Below, one piece after another: positions 9,752 to 18,321 of a DNA stretch of 64,000 nt. Source of the stretch: Candidatus Berkelbacteria bacterium RIFCSPLOWO2_01_FULL_50_28 (lineage in GTDB: Bacteria; Patescibacteriota; UBA1384; 2-12-FULL-50-11); contig MEZX01000002.1 in the NCBI GenBank assembly GCA_001774395.1, forward strand, positions 96,753 to 160,752, given 5' to 3'. The notes beneath the pieces are model-generated. The model did no database searches, was not told where the DNA came from, and was given only the letters and a program-made list of their open reading frames with translations. Position numbers and translations under genes: made by a program. Each line of letters starts with the position of its first letter. The stretch's first letter is position 1.

Positions 9752-11095
9752 TTAGTCATGAAGGGAATTAATAATTATCTTAACATCATTCTCAGTATCT
9801 GGGTCGTTCTTCATCTGTGCCTCAATCTTTCGCGAGCCGTGCATTATGGTAGTGTGGTCCCGGCCGCCGAGCTGATCGCCAATTTGGGGGAACGACTGGT
9901 CTAGAACTTCACGCAGTAGATACATGACGATCTGCCGCGGGTAAACCAGCTCTTGATGACGTTTTTTACCCAAGATATCACTTGGCTCTATCTCGAAATG
10001 GTTGGCGACACAACGAATAACTTTTTTGGCGGTGAGGTTACTCTTGTTGGCTCGACTAAGGTCTTTAACTGTAACGCGAGCAAGCTCCAAATTTAGGGGG
10101 ATTTTCTCAAGTTGAGAACGAGCGGTAAGTTTCGTTAGGGCTCCTTCCAGCTCGCGGACGTTATTAGTTATTTGGTTGGCAACGTAATCTATGACCTCAT
10201 CGGGGATGTTAACCCCCATTTGTTCGGCTTTTTCCCGTAGGATTGCCGAGCGGGTTTCGAAATTGGGCGACTGGATATCGGCGATCATTCCCCACCCGAA
10301 GCGCGATATCAGCCGCTCCTCTAAGTTGGACATCTCTTTGGGGAGTCGGTCGGCGGTAAGAATAATCTGACGGTTGGACTGGTGAAGGGTGTTGAAGGTG
10401 TGGAAAAACTCCTCTTGGGTCCCCTCTTTGTTGGCCAGAAATTGGATGTCGTCAACCAGGAAGACGTCAACGGTGCGGTAGCGGTTCTTGAATTGGTTGA
10501 TGGTCTTGCTCTGTAAGGCATTAATGAACTCCCCAGTGAAAGCCTCGCATGAGGTGTAGATAATCTTTTTCTTGGGGTGGATGTGGTAAATCGCGTTGGC
10601 AACCGCTTGCATTAAGTGGGTTTTCCCCAGCCCCACCCCACCGTAGATAAACAGCGGGTTATAGGCGCTGCCGGGTTTTTCGGCGACGGCTTGGGCGGCG
10701 GCAAAAGCCAGGCGATTATTATTCCCCACCACGAATGTGTCGAAGGTGTATTTCTGGTTGAACTGCGGCGGTTCTCGCGGTGGCTGTTTTGCTTTGTCGT
10801 CGCGATCTTCAACAACCTGAAGTAACGGTAGCTCGTCGACGTCAACGGCTTTCGTGGCTGAGACCACAAGACGCAGTTCAGTATCGGCTCCAAAATGGTC
10901 GCTCAGGATTTTGGTAATACTCTTCGCGGCGTTCGCTTCAACCCAACTCTTTGTGTACAGGTTGGGCACGGCCAGAGTAACGGTATTATCAATCCGCTCC
11001 ACAAAACGAACCGGTTTTAACCAGGTATCGAAGTTCGGCCGACTCACGGTCGATTTAAGTTGTTGTAAAATGTCTTGCCAAATTGCTTCGCTCAT
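9752..11095 (-). CDS. dnaA: Chromosomal replication initiator DnaA
   Basis: YNPLFIYGGVGLGKTHL, DDIQFL, NVRELEGAL, GGRDHTT; start placed at ATG 11095 (MSEAIWQ). Confidence 0.98.
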   Translation of the reverse strand: MSEAIWQDILQQLKSTVSRPNFDTWLKPVRFVERIDNTVTLAVPNLYTKSWVEANAAKSITKILSDHFGADTELRLVVSATKAVDVDELPLLQVVEDRDDKAKQPPREPPQFNQKYTFDTFVVGNNNRLAFAAAQAVAEKPGSAYNPLFIYGGVGLGKTHLMQAVANAIYHIHPKKKIIYTSCEAFTGEFINALQSKTINQFKNRYRTVDVFLVDDIQFLANKEGTQEEFFHTFNTLHQSNRQIILTADRLPKEMSNLEERLISRFGWGMIADIQSPNFETRSAILREKAEQMGVNIPDEVIDYVANQITNNVRELEGALTKLTARSQLEKIPLNLELARVTVKDLSRANKSNLTAKKVIRCVANHFEIEPSDILGKKRHQELVYPRQIVMYLLREVLDQSFPQIGDQLGGRDHTTIMHGSRKIEAQMKNDPDTENDVKIIINSLHD

Positions 11096-11135
11096 TAATC
11101 TTATTTTAGGTTCAACCGCATGGAATGTACTAGAG

Positions 11136-11209
11136 TTTTCCACAGAGGGCAACTACTGCCCAAGGAACTGGCAACTAGGAACCTGGAACTGGTCGGCCAC
11201 TTATACACA
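11136..11209 (+). promoter_or_regulatory. DnaA boxes in the dnaA-rpmH intergenic region
   Basis: TTTTCCACA 11136-11144 and TTATACACA 11201-11209, both matching TTWTNCACA. Confidence 0.7.
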
Positions 11210-11275
11210 CCCTCTAGCCCCTAGTCCCCAGCTCCTAGTGCCCTTCAGTTAAATCTGTTACAATAGTCAGTAACA

Positions 11276-11413
11276 ATGGTGAAGAGAACTTACCAAGGCA
11301 ATAAACGACATCGCGCTAAAACCCACGGCTTTTTGGTGCGCAGCAGAACTTCTGGCGGGTTACGCGTGCTTAAGGCGCGTCGCCGCCGAGGCCGGGCGAT
11401 ACTGGCACTGTAA
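11276..11413 (+). CDS. rpmH: 50S ribosomal protein L34 (not in ORF track, 45 aa)
   Basis: [45 protein letters not shown]; TAATG overlap with rnpA; extended -10 TGTTACAAT at 11256-11264. Confidence 0.96.
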   Translation: MVKRTYQGNKRHRAKTHGFLVRSRTSGGLRVLKARRRRGRAILAL

Positions 11414-11760
11414 TGCTGCCGCGGATCAACCGCCTCAAACGTCAGGAAGATTTTAAAGCAGTTCGCTTATCCGGCCGCAAAGCCAAGGCGGGTCGTTTAC
11501 TGGTGAATTTCCTGCCGCAACAAGTAGGTTCCGTGAGCCGCGGCGCTGTCGTCATTTCTTCCAAAGCCGTCAGTGGCTCGGTCGAGCGCAACCGGATTCG
11601 TCGCCTAATGGCCAAGTTGATGCGTCAACAGTTTGATAATTGGGCTACTCGCTCGGCGGGTGATATGGTGGTAGTGTTACTTGGGAGTGCTGATGTTTCT
11701 TCGTCTGAAGAACTCACAGCCGATTTCAACAAATGCTTAGAAAAACTATCGTTAAATTAA
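11413..11760 (+). CDS. rnpA: Ribonuclease P protein component
   Basis: [23 protein letters not shown] (RNR motif); rpmH-rnpA synteny. Confidence 0.93.
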   Translation: MLPRINRLKRQEDFKAVRLSGRKAKAGRLLVNFLPQQVGSVSRGAVVISSKAVSGSVERNRIRRLMAKLMRQQFDNWATRSAGDMVVVLLGSADVSSSEELTADFNKCLEKLSLN

Positions 11761-11990
11761 TCGAGCTTTATCAAGTTAGTGTCTCACCCGACCATAGCGC
11801 CCTGGGTCGCCGTTTGATGGGTGGCGCTTGTCGCTACCAACCAACGTGCTCCGAGTACACCAAGGTAGCAGTAGGACGGTTCGGGATAAAACGAGGGTTG
11901 GGCATGGGCCTGAAAAGGATCTCCCGCTGTCACCCCTTCACCACGGGAGGGTACGACCCAGTACCCGCAGTAATAACCGAATCCCGATAA
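11733..11990 (+). CDS. yidD: Membrane protein insertion efficiency factor YidD
   Basis: CRYQPTCSEY ... RISRCHPF..GGYDPVP. Confidence 0.95.
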   Translation: MLRKTIVKLIELYQVSVSPDHSALGRRLMGGACRYQPTCSEYTKVAVGRFGIKRGLGMGLKRISRCHPFTTGGYDPVPAVITESR

Positions 11991-11994
11991 ATGA

Positions 11995-12060
11995 TAAAGT
12001 TTGAAAATTGTAAAACTGTAAATTATTTGGAAATTGGAAACTGTAAATTGAAAATTGCTG
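11995..12060 (+). repeat. AT-rich degenerate heptamer tandem repeat (about NAAA[TC]TG)
   Basis: gaaaattg taaaactg taaatta...gaaattg gaaactg taaattg aaaattg between yidD and yidC. Confidence 0.7.
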
Positions 12061-12067
12061 AAAAACG

Positions 12068-12808
12068 ATGAAAGAGTTTTTCAGGATTATTCTCTACAAA
12101 CCGCTCTTCAACCTATTGATGTTTTTCGCGTGGATAGTGCCGGGACACAGTATGGGGTGGGCGATTATTATGCTGACGATCCTAGTGAATGTGGTGCTCT
12201 GGGTTCCCAAGAGCAAATCGCTGAGAATGCCGATGTTGCAGGCCCAATACCGTGACGAGATAAAAGCTCTCCAGGATAAGTATAAAGACGACCGCAACAC
12301 TCAAGCTAAGATGCTGATGGCCTTTTACAAAGAAAAAGGCATCAACCCGATGGCTGGCTGTCTGCCACTTTTGATCCAACTACCAATACTCTTTATTCTA
12401 TACAAAGTCTTTATGGTTGGCCTTAATACGGTACGACCCGACTTAATTTATTCGTTCACGCCGCACTTAAACACAATCAACACCCTCTTTTTTGGCATCG
12501 ATCTCGCCAAACCAGAAAAAATCTTCTTACCCATAATTGCGGCCGCCCTTCAGTTCGGGCAGTCGTACTACCAGATGAAATTAACTCCACCGTCGGGCGA
12601 CAAGAAAGACGTCTCGGCGATGATGAGCAAACAGATGATGTATATGTTGCCGGCCATCACTCTCTTCTTTGGTATGACGCTACCGGCGGGGCTGATGCTT
12701 TACTGGGGCACCTCGACCGGTCTGTCGTGGTTGCAGCAAGTGCAGATCGCTAGAACTTTCAAAGCCAAGCCCAAAACCCAAGTAACTGTGCGAACCCGCC
12801 GACGTTAA
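12068..12808 (+). CDS. yidC: Membrane protein insertase YidC/Oxa1 (short form)
   Basis: GWAIIMLTILV, GINPMAGCLPLLIQLPI, LPAGLMLYW. Confidence 0.95.
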   Translation: MKEFFRIILYKPLFNLLMFFAWIVPGHSMGWAIIMLTILVNVVLWVPKSKSLRMPMLQAQYRDEIKALQDKYKDDRNTQAKMLMAFYKEKGINPMAGCLPLLIQLPILFILYKVFMVGLNTVRPDLIYSFTPHLNTINTLFFGIDLAKPEKIFLPIIAAALQFGQSYYQMKLTPPSGDKKDVSAMMSKQMMYMLPAITLFFGMTLPAGLMLYWGTSTGLSWLQQVQIARTFKAKPKTQVTVRTRRR

Positions 12809-12947
12809 AACTTTGGCGGGCGGCCCACCCACCTCACCTGGCACTGGCGGGCAGGCGAAAAAGAGGTGACTGCGCGCCCGGCCAACAAAGGCCCGAACAG
12901 ACGGTATCAGATAGGGCGCTTGGTCTAGACTAGACGCCTAATTACCC

Positions 12948-13063
12948 TATAGTCGCTGGTAAGCGACAACCGCGACGTACCCTTGGGACTTTTCTCGTCG
13001 TGTATAGTCGCCGGTACGGCGACAACCGCGACGTTCCCTTGGGACTTCGTCCCGTCGTGTATA
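12948..13063 (+). repeat. Tandem ~56-bp duplication, each copy with two hairpins
   Basis: tatagtcgctggtaagcgacaaccgcgacgtacccttgggacttttctcgtcgtg followed by tatagtcgccggtacggcgacaaccgcgacgttcccttgggacttcgtcccgtcgtgtata. Confidence 0.85.
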
Positions 13064-13098
13064 ATTCGACTAGTCGCCTAACGGCTCTGGAGGTTGGA

Positions 13099-14136
13099 AT
13101 GAAGTTTTTGCTTCAAACAGCGCGGCCGATCACGCTCGTCGCGTGGATTCCGCCATTCGTTGGTTGTCTGTTGGGTGGCAATTTGTCTTGGGCCACCTTA
13201 ACAGCCTGTCTTGGAACGATGGTTGCCGTGGGGCTCATTAATACCCATAACAATCAAACCGATCGTCGGATTGATCGGCACAACCCATTGAAGGACACAC
13301 TGGCAATGCAGCACCCCGTGCGAAACCACCAAGTCGTGACAGCGAGTGGTTCGATCCTGGCGCTGTTGCTACGCCAAATTGGATATAACTTTCTCCTGCT
13401 CTCGACCCTCTACTACGTGGGGGTGTTCTACAACTACTTTCTCGGGCGCGTGCCCGTCGTGAAACGCCTAGCGGTAGCGATAGTAGTCGCATCGACATCG
13501 TTCATCGCAGCCGACAGGCCTAACCTAGCCCTGTGGGTTTGGGCTAGCGCAGTTGGACTCTTCATCTACTGTCGAGAAGTTGGCAAAGATCGGGCAGATG
13601 CCCAGGAGGATACCATGGCTCGTTTCTTTCGAAAGGGTGCGCCAGCTGATTCCTGGTGCATCATCGCCCCGTTTATGGGCGGGCTAATCTACGCGACGAC
13701 GACACTTGCTCTCGGGGTTTCGCTGACGTCGACCCATTTGGTCGTTAGTCTCGGTATTGCACTGACGATCTTCTCGTTTATGCAGATCCGGGCTCGCCAC
13801 AATTGGTACCGAATGCGGTTTCCCCATCGCTTGATTGCAGGCCAGTCCGGCCTGACGCTGGCGCTCGCAGCCTTGATGCCGCCATTTGCGCAGGGGATCC
13901 TGCCGATTGTTGTCTTCAACCTGACAACAATCTACGTTCGTTCGTGCCTGACGACGCGAGCCAACGTAAGTTGGTGGGCCAACCTGCACGATGCCTACCT
14001 TTGGGCATCGCTGCTCTGGCTGGCGATGCTCGGACCAGGAGTGTTTTCTGTCTCGACATTCACGATCTCAGTCATTGTTCTGATCGCCGTGTTTGCCTGG
14101 GAATTCCAGCGAACGCAGCACTTAAGAACCGCTTAA
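13099..14136 (+). CDS. UbiA-family prenyltransferase-like membrane protein
   Basis: Multi-TM; TARP start, NTHNNQTDRRIDRHN (NDxxDxxxD-like) and REVGKDRADAQED (second Asp-rich motif); GGAGG RBS before ATG 13099. Confidence 0.6.
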   Translation: MKFLLQTARPITLVAWIPPFVGCLLGGNLSWATLTACLGTMVAVGLINTHNNQTDRRIDRHNPLKDTLAMQHPVRNHQVVTASGSILALLLRQIGYNFLLLSTLYYVGVFYNYFLGRVPVVKRLAVAIVVASTSFIAADRPNLALWVWASAVGLFIYCREVGKDRADAQEDTMARFFRKGAPADSWCIIAPFMGGLIYATTTLALGVSLTSTHLVVSLGIALTIFSFMQIRARHNWYRMRFPHRLIAGQSGLTLALAALMPPFAQGILPIVVFNLTTIYVRSCLTTRANVSWWANLHDAYLWASLLWLAMLGPGVFSVSTFTISVIVLIAVFAWEFQRTQHLRTA

Positions 14137-14140
14137 CCAG

Positions 14141-14170
14141 CGAGGCCGCTCGGATTTCCGAGCGGCCTCG
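14141..14170 (+). terminator. Strong hairpin, probable terminator
   Basis: CGAGGCCGCTCGG-attt-CCGAGCGGCCTCG followed by taacattttt. Confidence 0.65.
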
Positions 14171-14306
14171 TAACATTTTTGTCGAACCTTGGTTTCGAGT
14201 CGGACGGACTAACAAAACCGTCTGGGCCGTCACCACCTCCCACGGCTTAACCTGGATTTTTACTCTAAAGTTAGGTAAACTTTGTACCAGTACGGTCGGG
14301 TGCCAT

Positions 14307-14388
14307 GGTGGGTTGGCAGAATGGTAATGCAGCGGTCTTGAAAACCGCCGGGCGTAAGCCCTTGTAGGTTCGAGCCCTACACCCACCG
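14307..14388 (+). tRNA. tRNA-Ser(TGA)
   Basis: Acceptor GGTGGGT/ACCCACC, anticodon arm GCGGT-CTTGAAA-ACCGC, long variable arm, TTCGAGC T-loop; CCA not encoded. Confidence 0.95.
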
Positions 14389-14507
14389 CACTTCGAGTCG
14401 CTGGGCTCCCTCAGTGTAAACTGAGGACAGGCGACCCGAACTACCCCGAGCGACCTGTCCTGAGCGGATTCGAAGGAAGTCGGGGGCGGTACATTACAGT
14501 CACATTT

Positions 14508-14528
14508 GCGCCCGTAGCTCAGTGGATA
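14508..14528 (+). repeat. Exact copy of the first 21 nt of tRNA-Arg(GCG)
   Basis: GCGCCCGTAGCTCAGTGGATA identical to 14599-14619. Confidence 0.95.
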
Positions 14529-14598
14529 CTCCCGAGTCATCCTTTGAGCTACTGGCACCAGCCAGTATTAGATGCCTACAGTTATGTATGTAGGCTTG

Positions 14599-14671
14599 GC
14601 GCCCGTAGCTCAGTGGATAGAGTATTTGCTTGCGGAGCAAAGGGTCGCTGGTTCGAGTCCAGCCGGGCGCG
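14599..14671 (+). tRNA. tRNA-Arg(GCG)
   Basis: GCGCCCG/CGGGCGC acceptor, TTTGC-TTGCGGA-GCAAA anticodon arm, GCTGG-TTCGAGT-CCAGC T arm. Confidence 0.93.
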
Positions 14672-14861
14672 CAGATACTAAAAGTCCGAACCGCATTTAT
14701 TCACTTTTCTCGAAGAAAATCGCTACTCTAAGCTTTTGGGAATCACGCAGATTAATAATCGCGTCGCACAATTAATTTTTTTGAACCTGTAATGGTTCGA
14801 TTCCGGTTAGGTCGTTGTACGGGAAAACACTATTGACTGCCACTGTGATTTCTTATAGAAT

Positions 14862-15347
14862 ATGCGCATAACTGCGACAACCTCGCAGGGGAGGCAGAGA
14901 TTGAAGTATCTCCTTTTCGCCCTTTTCGCCGTCTGTCTGATCGGCTGTGCCGATCCGATCCAAGAAGCAGTGGAACAAGACAACCGTGAGTTCCAGATAC
15001 GAGACACTCAAAGAACTCGGGAATCGACCCAGATGCCGATCGCTCGATCCGCCAGCAACTACGTCTCCAAGACGATCAACGATAAACTGCTCCTTCTCGG
15101 AGAGGACGAGTGGCTGATCGTGGAAGTCCACATGCCAACCGCGGAGAATCGAATCTTCGTCCTCAGCAAAATTGACCCAGAAAGCAAGGTCCGTATAACT
15201 GAGGTTGTCGAATTCAAGGAGAAGGATTACGGCTGGGGAACCGGAATGATTGCTTGGGTCGGCGATATTGTCAGAAAAGCTCCTGTTTTACCCAATGATT
15301 TGATGGGGACAAATAGGAGCATGCCGAAGTGTGGCTACACTTTCTGA
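14862..15347 (+). CDS. Hypothetical lipoprotein
   Basis: Hydrophobic stretch ending in LIGC lipobox; TTGACT-17-TAGAAT promoter just upstream (true start may be slightly downstream). Confidence 0.55.
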   Translation: MRITATTSQGRQRLKYLLFALFAVCLIGCADPIQEAVEQDNREFQIRDTQRTRESTQMPIARSASNYVSKTINDKLLLLGEDEWLIVEVHMPTAENRIFVLSKIDPESKVRITEVVEFKEKDYGWGTGMIAWVGDIVRKAPVLPNDLMGTNRSMPKCGYTF

Positions 15348-15396
15348 CCTGGTGAATCGATTTGTCATCAGTGATCCACGTGGCGCCAACACGAAA

Positions 15397-15428
15397 CCGT
15401 CGGAGAGATCTCTCCGACGGCTACTTTT
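15397..15428 (+). terminator. Perfect 24-bp palindrome with T-tract
   Basis: CCGTCGGAGAGATCTCTCCGACGG-ctactttttt. Confidence 0.65.
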
Positions 15429-15576
15429 TATCTTCATAAGCGTTCCCACCCTCAATTTAAGGAAGGGAGCGAAACTCTCGAAAAAGAATTAGGAAGAATC
15501 GAAGCTCAGAAGAAGAAATAGGATTGTCTTCAGCGTGGTTCGGACTTTCGTGTGCCGGCGCGCAAGAGTTTAGGTT

Positions 15577-16254
15577 TTAGCCGTGGGCAATGGTGATGGC
15601 CCAGACGGTTTTGGCGCCTTTGCGGCGCAGGAGTATTGCCGCTTCCCCCAGGGTGGCGCCGGTGGTGATGACGTCGTCAACGAGAAGAATATTTTCTGGA
15701 ATCTCTTTCGTTCCGACGTAAGCGAAACATCCGTGCACGTTGGTGAGGCGCTTGGTTTTTGTTAGTTTCGCTTGGGCAGGAGTGTCATTTTTGCGCTTCA
15801 ACAGGTTGGAAACTTCCTCACGGCCGGCAAACATTCTTTGTGACAGAACCTCGCTCTGGTTAAACCCACGCTTGGCTAAGCGTTTTTGATGAATTGGGAT
15901 CGGCACGACCGTCCATTCCGAATGCGGCAGGCGTCGCAGATAATGCCGTCGAAAAGTATCAGCGTAAAAACTCAAGGCGTCAAAATGTCCGCCGTACTTG
16001 GCTTGCTGAACCAGGTCTTGAATTACCGGCTCGGCGTAGGAAAAAAGACTAACTACCCCGTCAAGCGGTACTCGCTCTTGGCACTTGGGGCAGATGCCAT
16101 TATCGGCCGCCTTATCACAGATGACACAGCTTTCGGGACGGCTCGCGGTCAGTTCTCTGCGACAATCGTCACAGATCCAGCCGCTCTCTTGGCCACAGCC
16201 GAGGCAGTTAACGGGGGCAACGAGGTTTTTCAAAGCATTTCCTAGCTCGGTCAT
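15577..16254 (-). CDS. comF: ComF-family competence protein (Zn-ribbon + phosphoribosyltransferase fold)
   Basis: CxxC repeats, RGFNQS, ILLVDDVITTGATL; start placed at MTELG. Confidence 0.9.
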   Translation of the reverse strand: MTELGNALKNLVAPVNCLGCGQESGWICDDCRRELTASRPESCVICDKAADNGICPKCQERVPLDGVVSLFSYAEPVIQDLVQQAKYGGHFDALSFYADTFRRHYLRRLPHSEWTVVPIPIHQKRLAKRGFNQSEVLSQRMFAGREEVSNLLKRKNDTPAQAKLTKTKRLTNVHGCFAYVGTKEIPENILLVDDVITTGATLGEAAILLRRKGAKTVWAITIAHG

Positions 16255-16307
16255 TGTCAACATTATGGCTTGACTGACCATATCATAACTCGCATAATAA
16301 ACGCACT

Positions 16308-16685
16308 ATGGCTAAGAAAGAAGAAATTCAGGAGGAGTGGGTTGACGAAGAAGAAGAGGGTCAGCTCGCCATCGACGCCTATCAAGACGAAGACAATATC
16401 TACATCAAGGCGCCGATTGCCGGAGTGAGCGTGGAAGATCTAGAGATTTCAATTACCGACGAAGTGGTGACGATTAAGGGCACGCGACGCAACGAAGGAG
16501 ATTTGGCGCGCGAGAGTTACTTTGTTCAAGAGTGCTACTGGGGTTCGTTTATGCGCTCCTACATTCTGCCAGTATCGGTTGATGCGGCCAAGGCCGACGC
16601 CAGTTTGCGTAACGGCATTCTAACGATTCGCATTCCGAAACAAGAGAAGACCAAGACGAGAGTTCTTAAAGTTCAAGTAGATTAA
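16308..16685 (+). CDS. Hsp20/alpha-crystallin small heat shock protein
   Basis: ECYWGSFMRS..LP, ASLRNGILTIRIPK. Confidence 0.93.
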   Translation: MAKKEEIQEEWVDEEEEGQLAIDAYQDEDNIYIKAPIAGVSVEDLEISITDEVVTIKGTRRNEGDLARESYFVQECYWGSFMRSYILPVSVDAAKADASLRNGILTIRIPKQEKTKTRVLKVQVD

Positions 16686-17063
16686 CGGCGAGGCCGTAGG
16701 GGCTTTATTACCCAGGAAACCGGGGGTTTTTTCGTGGGGGTGAACGAATATTATTCATACTACCTCTAAAGACGCAATTTTTTGCGAGGGTGAGGGGCTC
16801 GGAGTTGCGAAGGCCGCCCCTACACCCTCGCGCTCCCTACCCCGCCACGCTTCTCACAGAGGTATGGAGAAAAAGCTTCGGGGGTTCGCGACGAGCGTCG
16901 CTCCACCGTCCCGGCTAAACCACTCGCTTTTTCGGGCTATCAATATTCTGAAACCGGCGGCACGGACCTGCGCCTGCGTACTCTTGCCGGTTTTCGGTTA
17001 TGAATATAAAAATCGCCCGGGAAGCGTGGAAGCTTCTTCGGGCATTGGCGGTGGTCGGAGCGG

Positions 17064-17996
17064 TCAGCCACCAAATCGAGTGGTAGTCACGCGGTAGCAG
17101 TCGATCAGCTCCCGTTTTCGATCCTCGGCGGGGACATTCAGTTCGATGCAGCGCATCCCGACAACAAGTAGGTGTTGGGCAACCACCGGGTTGAGAACCT
17201 TGTGGCCAGCCTGTTTTGTTCCGAGTATTAGATCGAGCTCGTCAAGATGGCCCTTGGTTAGGACCCGGTACGCCTCGCTCCAATCGACGATCTTCGATTC
17301 GGCAAGAAGGCGGTCTAGGGTCTTATAGTAGGCGCCGTCAGCCAGACGGTTGAGAATCTGCGACTCGACGGTATGAGCTCGCACTTCCTCATAAACCCAC
17401 TCGTCCAACTCCTTGCTTGCGACTGACCCCAGCGCGTTACGCTGGTGCTGCAGGGCGTGAGATAGTTCGTGCCCAAGCAGCGAGGTGAACACTGCCGGTG
17501 GCCAATCGACCGCGGCAACGAAAACCACCTTACGGCTAGCGTCGTACCAGACGGCTGCGGGGTGAAGAGGTCCGTCCTCCTTTGGATAAAAGACGATCAG
17601 CACCTTTCCCCCGGGATAACTCAAGTCGTCCGAACTGATACCAACGCCCATCTTGGAGCTGATGACAACGCCGACGTTGAACTTCGAGAACGCCTTCGCG
17701 ATCTCTTTGGTCTCGTCCGTTGTCGGGCCAAGACGGTTGAGCGCCTCAGTGATGTTGCGGCGCAACGGGTCGGTCAGCTTCTTGTTAGCCTGACTCTCCG
17801 GCACCTGACGCTCCAGCCACCAGGCGCTTTCGTTGTGACTCGCCATATACGCCCTGATCTCTGACTGGATCTGTGCGAAGTTGGCGGGTGGTTGGGGCGC
17901 CGCAAATGAAGGCGGTGACTTCACGGCGACGGGCTTGTTACCCGAGCAGCCGTAAAGACCGAGAACAAAAATGAAAAGAGCGATGAGATACCTCAT
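17064..17996 (-). CDS. Lipoprotein, putative zinc metalloprotease
   Basis: LYGC lipobox; GHELSHALQ (HEXXH) and downstream EEVRAH; GAGGAGGA RBS. Confidence 0.7.
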   Translation of the reverse strand: MRYLIALFIFVLGLYGCSGNKPVAVKSPPSFAAPQPPANFAQIQSEIRAYMASHNESAWWLERQVPESQANKKLTDPLRRNITEALNRLGPTTDETKEIAKAFSKFNVGVVISSKMGVGISSDDLSYPGGKVLIVFYPKEDGPLHPAAVWYDASRKVVFVAAVDWPPAVFTSLLGHELSHALQHQRNALGSVASKELDEWVYEEVRAHTVESQILNRLADGAYYKTLDRLLAESKIVDWSEAYRVLTKGHLDELDLILGTKQAGHKVLNPVVAQHLLVVGMRCIELNVPAEDRKRELIDCYRVTTTRFGG

Positions 17997-18036
17997 GCGT
18001 ATTCCTCCTCTGCGGTCGAGCCGCAGTTATGCGGAA

Positions 18037-18065
18037 ATTCTACCCTAGATAACCGAGAAAGTCAA
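18037..18065 (-). promoter_or_regulatory. Sigma70-type promoter of the HEXXH lipoprotein
   Basis: Minus strand TTGACT-ttctcggttatctaggg(17)-TAGAAT. Confidence 0.75.
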
Positions 18066-18321
18066 TGGGAACGAGCTATTTTCTCCAAAAGTGCTCTAGG
18101 TTTCCGTATGTGTTAAAACACATACGGTGGCTTAGGGAATTCGGTATTTTAATAACCAAAAAGTGAGCGTTTTAGTCGGCTATCAATACCGAAGGCAGAG
18201 AGTTTGAACAGTGACACTTCCGGTTCAAACCTTGAGGCTTTCACCCCCCCCTAAGTTGGGAGGAGATGTTTTCCGAGGGGCGTCGCGGACGACGAGGCAT
18301 CTAACCACCTCCCTTTCCCAT

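Noticed and set aside
14294-14306. 5' duplicate upstream of tRNA-Ser(TGA)
   Set aside because: GGTCGGGTGCCA resembles GGTGGGTTGGCA only loosely; too short and mismatched to count.
15436-15575. Purine-rich stretch reading EKELGRIEAQKKK* between hairpins
   Set aside because: No start codon or RBS and too short to call; could be a gene remnant but is unsupported.
16735-17060. tmRNA, RNase P RNA or SRP RNA
   Set aside because: GGGGGTGAA is present, but there is no TTCGAC or 3' T-arm/CCA end, no GAGGAAAGTCC, and no SRP domain IV motif.
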